DNA of 64,000 bases from a bacterium (GTDB lineage: Bacteria > UBA8248). Below are positions 46,817 to 57,970 of this stretch, one piece after another. The notes beneath the pieces were generated by a model, which did no database searches, had not been told where the DNA came from, and was given only the letters and a program-made list of their open reading frames with translations. Position 1 is the first letter of the stretch. Every line of letters begins with the position of its first letter. The stretch lies in NCBI GenBank assembly GCA_965213625.1, contig CBDBZU010000004.1:3520001-3584000 (forward strand), in the 5' to 3' direction. The position numbers and the translations under genes are program-made.

Positions 46817-47093
46817 TCCTAATATGTCCCATCTACAATAGGCCGCACTGGCACATTTCGCCTCGAATCGTCCAAGGCGCGAAGTTACTCACGCGATACC
46901 TGGCGCATACCGAGCATCTACCGCACGGGCTTGGGCAACACTGTTTGCCCCTATAACGTATTCATGGATTCGGGTCTTTAAGAATCCTCGCGTTTCTTTT
47001 TAGTGTTTAATAATTCTCTGCATATTGCAAGGAAGCACTGATATTAGATTTGCTGGGGTTTTGCGTAGGCTCGGGCATCACTCTCGCCCCGCG

Positions 47094-47501
47094 CTAAGAA
47101 CCCGAAGCCCCCACCAACACCACCCCTTCTATCTGCGCCGCTTGTCTGTCGAAGGTATAGAGGGGATGTGCGCCGCGCCGGTTGGCGGCCGCTGCGATCA
47201 TCAGGTCGGAAAAACCGGGGCCGCCGCGCCGATAATGGAAAGCGGCGCGGTCCACGTCGTCCGCTGTCTCGATTTCGAGTTCCTCGCTGGCCGTCAATTC
47301 TTCCAGCACCGCCGCGATTCGTTCGCGGGAAAACCGATAGGAACGCTCCAGCACCCATACGAGTTCGACCAACACCTCGCGGCAGACGAAACCGGGCCGT
47401 TCGGCGGACAACTCTGCGAGCAATGCGCGAGCCGCTTCTGTCTGGGCCGCATCGTCGGCCACCAGGTACCGGACGAGGACGTTCGTGTCGAGCGCGATCA
47501 C
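47094..47501 (-). CDS. vapC: PIN-domain toxin
   Basis: ALDTNVLVR, ELVWVL, FSDLMI and TFD; GTG start overlaps the antitoxin stop. Confidence 0.9.
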   Translation of the reverse strand: MIALDTNVLVRYLVADDAAQTEAARALLAELSAERPGFVCREVLVELVWVLERSYRFSRERIAAVLEELTASEELEIETADDVDRAAFHYRRGGPGFSDLMIAAAANRRGAHPLYTFDRQAAQIEGVVLVGASGS

Positions 47502-47731
47502 TCCTCGCACGCTCCGTCGGCTATCGCGCGCTCCATCTCTTCGAGCGACACCGGCGGGCCGTCGTGTTTGAGCGCGCCGAACAGCCGGGCGAGGGGCCGC
47601 ACCGGAGTGATGCGCACCTCATCGCCCAAGACGACGTAGCGCACCCGGTCGCCGGGTCGCACGCCAAGCGCCTCGCGCACCGACTTAGGCAGCGTCGTCT
47701 GGCCCTTCGAGGTAATTGTGGATTCGACCAT
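47498..47731 (-). CDS. vapB: AbrB/MazE-type antitoxin
   Basis: STITSKGQTTLPKSVREALG..PGD. Confidence 0.9.
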   Translation of the reverse strand: MVESTITSKGQTTLPKSVREALGVRPGDRVRYVVLGDEVRITPVRPLARLFGALKHDGPPVSLEEMERAIADGACEE

Positions 47732-47747
47732 CTCAGGTTATCTCCTT

Positions 47748-47816
47748 ATGCCTTACAAAATAGAATTATGCCTTACTTATTATATAAAAGCAATTCATAA
47801 GTTGTTCATGCCTTAC
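47748..47816. promoter_or_regulatory. Three phased ATGCCTTAC direct repeats upstream of vapB (candidate operator)
   Basis: Copies start at 47748, 47768 and 47808 (20- and 40-bp spacing). Confidence 0.6.
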
Positions 47817-47977
47817 CTCAACACACCTTCACCCGCGCGTGTCCCCGCTCGCCGTATGCGAGCAGATGGGCTTCTCGCGTCACCGACATTCAGCCGAAAT
47901 CCATGGCGTTTATACTGAATTTAGCCGGTTTATAAATTCCATATAATTTTCCGAAGATACGCATAATCCCTTTTCGC

Positions 47978-48060
47978 TTGACCGGGAGGGAGAAAATTCT
48001 ATAATATCTATGTTTAATATAATCAACATATAAATATTTTATGGTGGATATACTAAACAT
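47978..48060 (+). promoter_or_regulatory. hipBA promoter with an imperfect ~50-bp palindromic operator
   Basis: TTGACC-16 nt-TATAAT, followed by ATGTTTAATATAATCAACATA / TATGGTGGATATACTAAACAT. Confidence 0.6.
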
Positions 48061-48394
48061 GAATAAGAACATTACGAAGTCGCCACCGGCCGCGGTCGAG
48101 GACGCCATCAGGCGTCTGGGCCGCAACATCCGCACGGCGCGCCTGCGCCGGAGGCTGCGCATCGAGGACGTGGCGAATCGCATCGGCGCTTCGCGCTTCA
48201 CGGTTGCGGACGTCGAGAAGGGGAAACCCGGCGCGTCGATGGCCGCCTACGCGGGCGCGCTGTGGGCGCTCGGCCTGCTGGAGGGTATGAACGAGTTGGC
48301 CGATCCCGACCGCGACGAGGAAGGCAAGACGCTGGAGAGCGCCAGAAGTCCCCGGCAGGCGCCGCGCCGCAGGAGGCTGGACAATGACTTCTGA
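48041..48394 (+). CDS. XRE HTH antitoxin (HipB-like; start may be 48059)
   Basis: LGRNIRTARLRR..VANRIGASRFTVADVEKG; overlaps the hipA start. Confidence 0.85.
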   Translation: MVDILNMNKNITKSPPAAVEDAIRRLGRNIRTARLRRRLRIEDVANRIGASRFTVADVEKGKPGASMAAYAGALWALGLLEGMNELADPDRDEEGKTLESARSPRQAPRRRRLDNDF

Positions 48395-49661
48395 GGGCGA
48401 GTGCTACGTCTACGTCGTCCTCCCCGGAGAAACCGGGTTCGTGACGGCGGGACGATTCCGCGTGGAGGAGACGCGCGACGGCGCGGCCATCGGGCGATTC
48501 GTATACGGTCGCAGCTACCTCCGGCGCGATAACGCCGTGGAACTTGACCCGGTCGAGTTGCGCCTCGCCGAGCGCGAGTACGAAACGGCGCGCATGAGCG
48601 GGTTTTTCGAGGCCATCCGGGATGCCATGCCGGATTATTGGGGACGCCTCGTCATCGAAAGAAACTGCGGCCAAGCCGGGCTCGGGGAATTCGACTATCT
48701 GATGCAAAGCCCCGACGACCGTGCGGGCGCGCTCGGCTTCGGGTTCCAAGTCGAGCCGTCGCCGATGAGTCGCCGGTTCAACCGCACAGTCGAACTTGGC
48801 CGCCTCCAGGCCGCAGCGGACGCCATCGTCGCCGACGACCCCGAGCGCGCAGGTTCGGCCTTCGCCCAGACCGAAGAGTTGCTGCTGGTGGGAACGTCGA
48901 TGGGGGGCGCGCGTCCCAAGGTCGTGGTGGAAGATGAAGACGCGCTGTGGGTGGCCAAGTTCGGGCGGCTGGACGACCGCTGGAACCACCCGCGCGTCGA
49001 ACATGCGTTGCTGCTGTTGGCGAAAGCGTGCGGGGTCGACGCCGCCGAGAGCCGGGTGGAAAGCGTCGGCGGGCGCGACGTGCTGCTCGTGCGCCGTTTC
49101 GACCGGGAACGGAGCGAGGAAGGCTATTTGCGTCACCGGATGGTGAGCGCCCTCACCCTGCTGCAATCGGAAGACAACCCCGCCGCGAGGGACCGATGGT
49201 CTTATCTCCTCCTGGCCGATGAGGTGCGGCGGGCGAGCGCGCGCCCTCAAGAGGACCTGCGTGAGTTGTTCGCGCGTATGTGCTTTAACGCGGTGGTTTC
49301 GAACCTCGACGATCACCCGCGCAACCATGCGATGCTCGCGGAAGGAACGCGGTGGCGGCTCAGCCCCGCTTATGACCTGACGCCGTCACCCGTCGTGGCG
49401 ATGGAGCGGCGCGATTTGGCGATGGCGTGCGGTCCGGCGGGCAGGCTGGCGAACAAGGCGAACATCATCGGCGCGGCGGGTCGTTTTCTGCTTGTCGATG
49501 GGGAGGCGGAGTCCATCTTCTCGCGCATTGTCGATACCATCCGCGCTAAATGGCATGAGACGATGCGCGGCGTCGGCGTGATTGAGAGCGACTGCGAGGC
49601 GATCCGCAGCGCCTTTCTTTACGACGGCCTGTTGTTCGAGACGGGACTTGATGAACTATGA
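48384..49661 (+). CDS. hipA: HipA-family kinase toxin
   Basis: GTSMGGARPK, RRFDR, NLDDHPRN and LSPAYD. Confidence 0.92.
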   Translation: MTSEGECYVYVVLPGETGFVTAGRFRVEETRDGAAIGRFVYGRSYLRRDNAVELDPVELRLAEREYETARMSGFFEAIRDAMPDYWGRLVIERNCGQAGLGEFDYLMQSPDDRAGALGFGFQVEPSPMSRRFNRTVELGRLQAAADAIVADDPERAGSAFAQTEELLLVGTSMGGARPKVVVEDEDALWVAKFGRLDDRWNHPRVEHALLLLAKACGVDAAESRVESVGGRDVLLVRRFDRERSEEGYLRHRMVSALTLLQSEDNPAARDRWSYLLLADEVRRASARPQEDLRELFARMCFNAVVSNLDDHPRNHAMLAEGTRWRLSPAYDLTPSPVVAMERRDLAMACGPAGRLANKANIIGAAGRFLLVDGEAESIFSRIVDTIRAKWHETMRGVGVIESDCEAIRSAFLYDGLLFETGLDEL

Positions 49662-49714
49662 GGGAATGACCGGCAAGACGTTGCCGCCGTTTTCGGTGAT
49701 GTGTCCAAGTCTCG

Positions 49715-49743
49715 TCGAAGACGTTCGTGTCGAGCGCGATCAC
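49715..49743 (-). pseudogene. vapC duplicate truncated after about 8 codons
   Basis: GTG-IALDTNV is identical to the start of vapC, then homology stops. Confidence 0.75.
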
Positions 49744-49973
49744 CCCTCACACGCTCCTTCGTCAACCGCATCGTCCATCTCTTCGAGCGACATCGTCGGG
49801 CCGTCGTGTTTGAGCGCGCCGAACAGCCGGGTGAGGGGCCGCACCGGAGTGATGCGCACCTCATCACCCGAGACGACGTAGCGCACGCGATCACCCGGCC
49901 CCACGCCCAACGCCTCGCGTACGGACTTAGGCAGCGTCGTCCGGCCTTTGGATGTAATCTTGGATTCGATCAT
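49740..49973 (-). CDS. vapB: Second AbrB-type antitoxin (vapB duplicate)
   Basis: Near-identical to 47498-47731. Confidence 0.85.
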   Translation of the reverse strand: MIESKITSKGRTTLPKSVREALGVGPGDRVRYVVSGDEVRITPVRPLTRLFGALKHDGPTMSLEEMDDAVDEGACEG

Positions 49974-49990
49974 TCTGGTTCGCTCGGGCC

Positions 49991-51280
49991 TCACAACGTA
50001 TATCCCGCGTCCCGAACGAACCGCCCGAGGCTCCGCTTCGTCTCACCCCCGAAGCTCTCGAACATCGCGAGCGTCGCTTTCTTGCTGCCCTCCACGGCGG
50101 GTTGATCGAACGGGTTCACCCCGCGCAGCAGTCCGCCGTACACCGCCGCCCACTGCCAGAGCGCGATGAGGCCGCACACATCGGCAACTGCCAGGGAATC
50201 GAGCGTGAGCGCCATGTGGGGCGTCCCCCTGCTCTCCGCTTCGGCGACGACGCCCGCATGCTCCATCTGCAAAAATTCCGTGCAACTCACCCCGCCCGGG
50301 AGGCGCGCATCCGCCCCGAAACTCCCGACGCAAAGTGAGAGACCCACCACGTTCTCCCGCCCGCCGAAGTATCGCTGGTTCGTGTGGTGCTGGCTCTCGG
50401 GCGCGCCCGCCCAGAGTATCGTCTGCCCGCGCCCGGCCTTGCAGTAGCTCTCATGCACGAGCTGCACGATGAGTTCACCGGCGCCAGAGAGCGCATAGGC
50501 GTAAACCGGCATGAAGACCTCGGTGTAGCCTGCGTTCTCGGCGCGCCAGAGTTCCAGCGCCAGATGCTTCGCCATGTTCTCGCTTAGAGGCGCAGCGGTT
50601 CCGAGCTTTTGGTGAGCGGCGGCGAAGGCGGCGTCTATCTCCCCGGCCAAGGCGGTGCCGCCATCCAGCATCGCCAGGGGCAGGAGCGCGTTGTTCTGCG
50701 CGGCGGTGAAGCGCCCGCCCACCTCATCGGGGTGCGGGAAAGTATCGAGCTTAGCAGCGGCGACCATCTCCGCCAGCTTGCTCGGGCCCGAGGAGGTAAT
50801 CGCCAGGGCCTGATAGCCGCGTTCCATCAGGAGGGCTGTCTCCTGGATCACGTTTTCGGTCTCGCCGGACTTGCTCACCGGGACGATGAGCGTGTTCTCG
50901 GGGTTGAACGCGCCGCCTCCCCGAAGCAGTTCCCCGAACAGACCGCTCATGTCAGTGCCGTCGAGCAGGTGCAGCTTTTTGGAAAACCCCCGCTCGTAGA
51001 ACGCCAGGTAAAGCGCCCAGACGTTTCGTATCGACCCCCCGTTCCCGATGACGACGACGTGCTCTTTCCCCACAGCCGCCGAGAGTTTGGCCTCCATCCC
51101 CGCGACGTCGGCGCGCTCGGTGGCGAACCAGGGCTCCCCCGGCCCCGCCTGGTACCCGGCTATCAACTCCGCGCATTGGGCTGCGTCGTCGAGCAGGTCC
51201 CTCTTCTCGCGCCAGAGGCCGTCTTTTCCCCTATCCCCAAGCGGCGTCTCGAAACTCTTTGCGTACAAATGCAGGCTCAA
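49991..51280 (-). CDS. pgi: Glucose-6-phosphate isomerase-like (divergent, SIS fold)
   Basis: IGNGGS, VSKSGET, VGGRF, QLVHES, QH and NPFDQPAVEGSK. Confidence 0.8.
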   Translation of the reverse strand: MSLHLYAKSFETPLGDRGKDGLWREKRDLLDDAAQCAELIAGYQAGPGEPWFATERADVAGMEAKLSAAVGKEHVVVIGNGGSIRNVWALYLAFYERGFSKKLHLLDGTDMSGLFGELLRGGGAFNPENTLIVPVSKSGETENVIQETALLMERGYQALAITSSGPSKLAEMVAAAKLDTFPHPDEVGGRFTAAQNNALLPLAMLDGGTALAGEIDAAFAAAHQKLGTAAPLSENMAKHLALELWRAENAGYTEVFMPVYAYALSGAGELIVQLVHESYCKAGRGQTILWAGAPESQHHTNQRYFGGRENVVGLSLCVGSFGADARLPGGVSCTEFLQMEHAGVVAEAESRGTPHMALTLDSLAVADVCGLIALWQWAAVYGGLLRGVNPFDQPAVEGSKKATLAMFESFGGETKRSLGRFVRDAGYTL

Positions 51281-51322
51281 GCCATACTCCTCGTTCGTAA
51301 GGTGTCGGAAAACTCTTTGCTA

Positions 51323-52180
51323 TCAAATCGGCTCCGCATCGAGATGGGCCTTCATGCTGCGCAATACGATGGGTATCAGGCCCGCGCGCGGGAGACCAAG
51401 GCGCTCGAAAACGAACGCAGCCGCCTCCTCGGGCGAAACGTCGCCTCCTTTTTGAGCCGAAACCTCACGGATCAGCCCGTCGATCTCCCTCATATACCCT
51501 GCCCCGCTCTCAATGTGCCTTGAGACCGCATCATCGCGCGAGAACTCCCGGCTCATGGCGGAGAGCAACACTTTCACTCCTTGGAGGGCCTTCAACTTCT
51601 CCAGACTTATTAAAGTGTCCGCCACGCTCTCATAAATCGGCAGCGTGCCGGGTTCGGGCAGCACGTCGCCTGAGATGAGCGCGCCCTCCTCAGGGATGAA
51701 GAAAGAGAGGCTCCCCGCAGAGTGCCCCGGCGTGTGAACCACACGGACGTCTACGCCACCCGGCGATATCTCATCGCCTCCTGCGAGAAAACCTGCGAGC
51801 TTCACGGGGCCGGATACCGCATCGCGCATTCTGCCCACCGGACGGACGCTGTGCTGATAGTCCAAATCCTCAATCATCCGCCTCTCTGATTCTGGTCCCA
51901 GGAACTCCGGTCCCGCTCGTTCCGCAATCAGCCCGTTCCCGCCGATGTGGTCGAAATGGGAATGCGTGAGCAGGACGTGCGAAATCTCTTCGGGCTTCCT
52001 GCCGATGGATTCGATGTAGGCGAAAATATCAGGCGCGGTGGAGGCGACGCCCGTGTCGATCAGGGTGAGCGTGTCGCCCGCTAATATGTAGGACGTGACG
52101 AACCTGGGAATCCGCTGGCCCGCGGGCGTCTTGATCTCGAACTCCAGCCAGAGGCAATGCACGTGCGGCGTAATCTGCAT
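51323..52180 (-). CDS. MBL-fold metallo-hydrolase
   Basis: LIDTG, THSHFDHIGG, TPGHS and SGD. Confidence 0.88.
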   Translation of the reverse strand: MQITPHVHCLWLEFEIKTPAGQRIPRFVTSYILAGDTLTLIDTGVASTAPDIFAYIESIGRKPEEISHVLLTHSHFDHIGGNGLIAERAGPEFLGPESERRMIEDLDYQHSVRPVGRMRDAVSGPVKLAGFLAGGDEISPGGVDVRVVHTPGHSAGSLSFFIPEEGALISGDVLPEPGTLPIYESVADTLISLEKLKALQGVKVLLSAMSREFSRDDAVSRHIESGAGYMREIDGLIREVSAQKGGDVSPEEAAAFVFERLGLPRAGLIPIVLRSMKAHLDAEPI

Positions 52181-52470
52181 GGAATCATCCTTGATGATGG
52201 CGGATAATTTATCGGTTCATCAGTCACCGGGAATCTACCAAAACGCGGGGCAAACGCGAAACGCTCCCCTGCCCCGCCGGGCGAATCCAGAGCCGCTCTT
52301 GGATGCCTTCGATTTTTCCGCCGCTTATTTCACAAAATCACGAAATCCTCATCTTTTCCTCGCCCCTATCTTGCTGTATAACGCCGCATTGCGGCGCGTT
52401 GGCCGGAAAACCGCCTCGCTCGGTGGATGCGGCCCGCCGCGCGCGAAAACATTCGCCTCTGGAGAAGACG

Positions 52471-52893
52471 ATGAACACGACCGCCTTGAGCCTCACCCTT
52501 CTCGCCGTCCTGTGCTTCGGCGTCTGGGGATTCTTCATGAAGCTGGGCCAGGAGCGCCTGGGCGCCATGCCGCACCTCATGGGAATGGGCGTCACCACCG
52601 CCGTCGTCGTCATCATTGCCGTTATCAGCAGGCAGTTCCCGCTCCCGCCGATGCGCCCGGAAGTCATGTGGCTGCCCGTGGTCGCCACGGTGGCGACCCT
52701 GCTGGCCATGCTCTTTCTGGTGCTGGCCTTGGCGAAGGCCGAGGGCCAGACGGCGGGCGTGGTGGCGCTTTCGGCCCTTTATCCGGGCGTCACGGCGGTT
52801 CTGGCGGCGCTCTTTCTGGGCGAGGGATTCACGCCCGCCAAGGTGGGCGGGCTCGTCTGCGCCGCTCTGGCCGCGTTCCTGTTTACCCGTTAG
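52471..52893 (+). CDS. Small EamA-family transporter
   Basis: Five TM helices, ALYPGVT..LFLGE; GGAG RBS before ATG 52471. Confidence 0.8.
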   Translation: MNTTALSLTLLAVLCFGVWGFFMKLGQERLGAMPHLMGMGVTTAVVVIIAVISRQFPLPPMRPEVMWLPVVATVATLLAMLFLVLALAKAEGQTAGVVALSALYPGVTAVLAALFLGEGFTPAKVGGLVCAALAAFLFTR

Positions 52894-52910
52894 GTGAGAG
52901 CTTCCAGACC

Positions 52911-55058
52911 ATGACGACCAAACGCGGACTTCGCATCGGCATCGACACGGGCGGCACGTTCACCGACGTGGTCGGCGTGCGCTCCGACTCCGGCGAGGTC
53001 TTCACCACCAAGACGCCGACGACGCCCGCCGATTTCAGCGAGGGCCTGATCCAGGGCATTAAAAAAATTCTCTCTGAGACCAAGATTCGCCCCGCGATGG
53101 TGAACGGCGTCTTCCACGGCACGACGGTGGCGACGAACGCCATCCTGGAGCGCCGCTTCGAGGATTTGGGCTTCATCGTCACGGGCGGGTTCCGCCATCT
53201 GCTCGAAATCGGGGGAGCGAACGGCGCGGCGAAGGCCAATTACGCCGCCTCCCTGCTCGCAAAACCCAAAGACGCGCTGGTGCCCCCCGAGCGGGTCCGC
53301 GAGGCGAAGGAGAGAATCTCCGCATCGGGCGAGGTTCTGGAATCCCTGAACGAGCAGGACGCGCTCAAACTCGCTAAATGGTTCAAGGCGCAGGGCATCG
53401 GCTCCGTGGGCGTCTGCCTGCTCCACGCCTACGCAAACCCGGCGCATGAGGAACTCATTCTCGAAGCCTTCGAGCGCGAATACCCGGAATGCTTCGTGAG
53501 CATATCGAGCGAGGTGATACCCGAACCCGGCGAGTACGAGCGCGCCATCACAACGCTGCTCGATGCGTGCATCAAGCCGCGCATCAAGGCCTATATCGAG
53601 AGCGCCTCGAAGAAAATCGAAGAAACGCTCGGCGGCGCGCCCTTCATGATCATGAAGAGCAACGGCGGCGTTTCCACCGCGCGCGAGATCGCAAAGCGGC
53701 CGATAGGCACCGTGCTCTCGGGGCCGGCCGCGGGCGCGCTCTCCGCCGCGTATCTCGGAAAACTCTCGGGGCATGAGCAGCTCATCACCCTGGACGGGGG
53801 CGGCACCTCTACGGACATCGCCGTCATCGAGGGCGGCGAGGCCAAGCGCGCCACCCGGCACCAGCTCGATGAGTTTTACTTGAGAATGCCGATGATCGAC
53901 GTCGTCACCATCGGAACGGGGGGCGGCTCCATCGCGTGGAGAAGCCCCGAGGGGAGGCTCCGCGTGGGACCCCGGAGCGCGGGTGCTGACCCCGGCCCCA
54001 TCTGCTACGGCAAAGGCGGCGAGGAACCCACCCTCACCGACGCGAACCTGCTCCTCGCCCGAAGCCCGCTCCATCTCGCGGGCGGCGAGGTGAAGCTCAA
54101 CAAGGCGCTCGCCATGAAGGCCATGCGCGATCTGGCGCGCGGGTTCGATATGAGCCCCCACGAGATGGCCTCGGGCGTGGTCGAGATCGCCGCCTGGAAC
54201 CAGACCCACGCCGTGCGCCGCGCGACGGTGCAGCGGGGGATTTCTCCCAAAAACTTCGCTCTGATGGCCTTCGGCGGCTCTGGACCGCTTACAGCCGGTC
54301 TCGTGGCCGAACTGCTCGAAATCGACACCGTCATCGTGCCGCCCTTCGCAGGTATGACGAGCGCCTTCGGGCTGGAAGTCGTCGACCTGGTGAACGATCA
54401 CGCGGCGGCCCACTATCAAACCGAAGAAAACGTCCGGCCCGAAGCACTGGGCGACGCCTATGAGAAACTCGAAGCCCTGGCTGCTGCGGGTCTCGAAAAC
54501 GAGGGGGTCCCTGCGCACAGGCGCATGATGCGGCGCACTGCTGAAATGCGCTATCAAGGAGAGGCCACCGAGATCGAAGTCGACGTGCCCGGCGGCTACA
54601 TCACCCCGCCGGTTCTGGCGGAGGCCTTCGAGCGCTTCCACATGCTCTACCAGCGCCGCTACACCTACAACCACAAGGGAAGCCGTCCGGTCGAGATCGT
54701 GCACCTGCGCGTCTCGGGGATAGGCATGACGGAACCGCCGAACCTGCCCCTCATCCCCGCGGGCGACGACAGCCCAGAAGAAGCCTACAAGGGAGCGCGC
54801 CTCGTTTGGTTCAAGGAACTGGGCGGGTTCCACGACACGCCGGTCTACTACCGGGAGAGGCTGCTCGAGGGCAACTACATCCCCGGACCGGCCATCGTCG
54901 AGAGCTTCGGCAGCACCACGGCCATCTTCCCCAGGCAGGAAGCCCGCGTGGACAGGTACGGGAATCTGGTGATGCGCTTCCGCTCTGAAGTCTTCGAGCG
55001 CGATGAGCGCGCCGGCAAGCCGACGGGCGATCACGGCGTGGGAGCGGCCTGGGGATGA
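52911..55058 (+). CDS. Hydantoinase A / oxoprolinase ATP-binding subunit
   Basis: DTGGTFTD, HGTTVATNA, SGPAAG, DGGGTSTD, SAGADPGP and PTLTDA. Confidence 0.92.
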   Translation: MTTKRGLRIGIDTGGTFTDVVGVRSDSGEVFTTKTPTTPADFSEGLIQGIKKILSETKIRPAMVNGVFHGTTVATNAILERRFEDLGFIVTGGFRHLLEIGGANGAAKANYAASLLAKPKDALVPPERVREAKERISASGEVLESLNEQDALKLAKWFKAQGIGSVGVCLLHAYANPAHEELILEAFEREYPECFVSISSEVIPEPGEYERAITTLLDACIKPRIKAYIESASKKIEETLGGAPFMIMKSNGGVSTAREIAKRPIGTVLSGPAAGALSAAYLGKLSGHEQLITLDGGGTSTDIAVIEGGEAKRATRHQLDEFYLRMPMIDVVTIGTGGGSIAWRSPEGRLRVGPRSAGADPGPICYGKGGEEPTLTDANLLLARSPLHLAGGEVKLNKALAMKAMRDLARGFDMSPHEMASGVVEIAAWNQTHAVRRATVQRGISPKNFALMAFGGSGPLTAGLVAELLEIDTVIVPPFAGMTSAFGLEVVDLVNDHAAAHYQTEENVRPEALGDAYEKLEALAAAGLENEGVPAHRRMMRRTAEMRYQGEATEIEVDVPGGYITPPVLAEAFERFHMLYQRRYTYNHKGSRPVEIVHLRVSGIGMTEPPNLPLIPAGDDSPEEAYKGARLVWFKELGGFHDTPVYYRERLLEGNYIPGPAIVESFGSTTAIFPRQEARVDRYGNLVMRFRSEVFERDERAGKPTGDHGVGAAWG

Positions 55059-56767
55059 ACGCGAACCCGATTGTGAGCGAAATTCTGGCTGGGGCGCTTC
55101 GCGCCATCGAAGAAGAGGTCGAAGACCTCCTCGCGCGCATCTGGCGCAGCCCCTCGCTGCGCGACGCGGGCGATTTTTCGGTCTGTCTCTTCGACCGCTT
55201 CGGGCGCGCGCTCACCGGGCGGGTGCTCGCCACCGGTCCCGCGCCCATCATCCGCGCGTATCCCGAAATGGCCGAGGGAGACGTTTTTCTCCACAACGAC
55301 CCCTACATGCCGCCTGCGGGCTTGGGAGAGGCGGCAGAGTTGTGCCTCACCCGCCCCCTGTTCGCGGATGGCGCGCTCATCGCCTTCTTGCAAGTCAGGG
55401 GACGCCACGACGACCTGGGCGGCGCGCTCCCCGGCGGGGCGAGCGTCGGCTCGCGCGAGAGCTACCACGAGGGGGTCCTCATTCCGCCGGTGCGAATAGC
55501 GTGCGGGGATGTGACGATAGAGGACATCAAAACCCTGCTCCTGCGGAACAGCCGCCAGGCCCATCACCTGGGCGATGACATCGACGCCCAGCTTGGCGCG
55601 CTCCGCATAGGTGCTGCCCGTCTCAAGGATCTGACGAGGCGGTACGGCGCGGAGAACCTGACGGCGTGTTTCGCCGATTTACTGAGAGAGTGCGAACTCG
55701 CGTTCCGCGGCCAGCTCATCCCGCAACTCCCCGAAAAAAGCTGGACGGCGCAAACCGCCGTCGAAACGGACGGCTTGAACGGCCCGCATGAACTCGCGCT
55801 CACGCTCAGGAGGCAAAAAGACGCTCTTCATATCGAACTGGAAGCAGCCCCCCAGGCGCGAGGCCCCATCAACTGTCCCCTGGAAGGAGAAGGCGCGCAG
55901 TTCCTGGCCCGCCTCATTGCCCCCATGATGCTCCATCTTCAGGATGAGGCGAGCGAGACCCCCCTGAACGACGGAGCCTTGCGGGCATTTCAGGTGCGCT
56001 TGCCCGAACCAGGCACCATACTCACCCCCCGATTCCCGGCCCCGACGGGCCTGAGAGCGCTCACTCTCGGAAAACTGCTCTCGGCGTTCGGCGAAGCGCT
56101 GTTCGAGGCGTCTGGCGGACGCACGCCCACGGGCTTCGACAACCTGAGGACGCTCAGTTTCTGGGGACACGATGAAAAAGGGGGCTTCCACCTGCTGAGG
56201 GAAGCCCTAGGCGCAGGCGCGGGCGCAGATATGAAAGGGGACGGGGCATCCGCCGTTCCCCCGCTAGGTGCTACCGGCGGCATGCCCGTCGAGGTGATGG
56301 AGGCGCGCTATCCGGTGCGGGTCGAGGCAATGGGGCTGGCGCAGGACTCGGGCGGCGCGGGCGAGCGGCGCGGCGGACTGGGCGTATTCAGGGAATACCG
56401 CATGCTCATCGACGGCATATCAGCGAGCGCAGCGGGAAGCGCCGAAGCCGGCCCCGCCGGCGGGCCGGGCGCATCGGCCGGAAAGGCGTACGAGATGCGC
56501 CATCGCTCCGGGAAAAAGAGCGCGCTCACACCTGCCGTCGGCGCGTCCACGGCGTTCTCCAAAGACGATTCGATTCGCGTCTCCACCCCCGGCGGCGGCG
56601 GGTGGGGCGACCCCGGGGAGCGCGACCCCGAGGACGTGCGGGCCGACGTTCTGCGCGGGTTCGTCTCGGCCAAGGCGGCGGAGGTCGTTTACGGCGTCGT
56701 TCTGCGAGGCGCGCCGGGCTTTGCAATCGATGTGGATGCCACCCGAAAACGCAGGCAAGGCGAATAA
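55055..56767 (+). CDS. Hydantoinase B / oxoprolinase subunit (degenerate metal site)
   Basis: DFS, NDPY, EG..IPP, DSGGAGERRGGLG and PGGGGWGDP..RDP. Confidence 0.88.
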   Translation: MNANPIVSEILAGALRAIEEEVEDLLARIWRSPSLRDAGDFSVCLFDRFGRALTGRVLATGPAPIIRAYPEMAEGDVFLHNDPYMPPAGLGEAAELCLTRPLFADGALIAFLQVRGRHDDLGGALPGGASVGSRESYHEGVLIPPVRIACGDVTIEDIKTLLLRNSRQAHHLGDDIDAQLGALRIGAARLKDLTRRYGAENLTACFADLLRECELAFRGQLIPQLPEKSWTAQTAVETDGLNGPHELALTLRRQKDALHIELEAAPQARGPINCPLEGEGAQFLARLIAPMMLHLQDEASETPLNDGALRAFQVRLPEPGTILTPRFPAPTGLRALTLGKLLSAFGEALFEASGGRTPTGFDNLRTLSFWGHDEKGGFHLLREALGAGAGADMKGDGASAVPPLGATGGMPVEVMEARYPVRVEAMGLAQDSGGAGERRGGLGVFREYRMLIDGISASAAGSAEAGPAGGPGASAGKAYEMRHRSGKKSALTPAVGASTAFSKDDSIRVSTPGGGGWGDPGERDPEDVRADVLRGFVSAKAAEVVYGVVLRGAPGFAIDVDATRKRRQGE

Positions 56768-56924
56768 TTTCGCACTTTCTTCTTAAATGCAGCGGATTCA
56801 AGGCGCAAAGGGGGCTAAAAACCCCCGGTCGCACTTGGAGCCGCCCATTGTATCGGGTAGAATCCGCCCGCGCAGGAGTCAACGAACGCCCGTAAGGCCT
56901 GAGCGAACAATTTTTATCCCCTAA

Positions 56925-57956
<1,032 letters not shown>

Positions 57957-57970
57957 GAGGTTCCGAAGTT

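Noticed and set aside
52095-52910. Apparent long N-terminal fusion on hydantoinase A (987-aa ORF)
   Set aside because: It overlaps a real EamA gene in another frame, and family homology starts at 52911.
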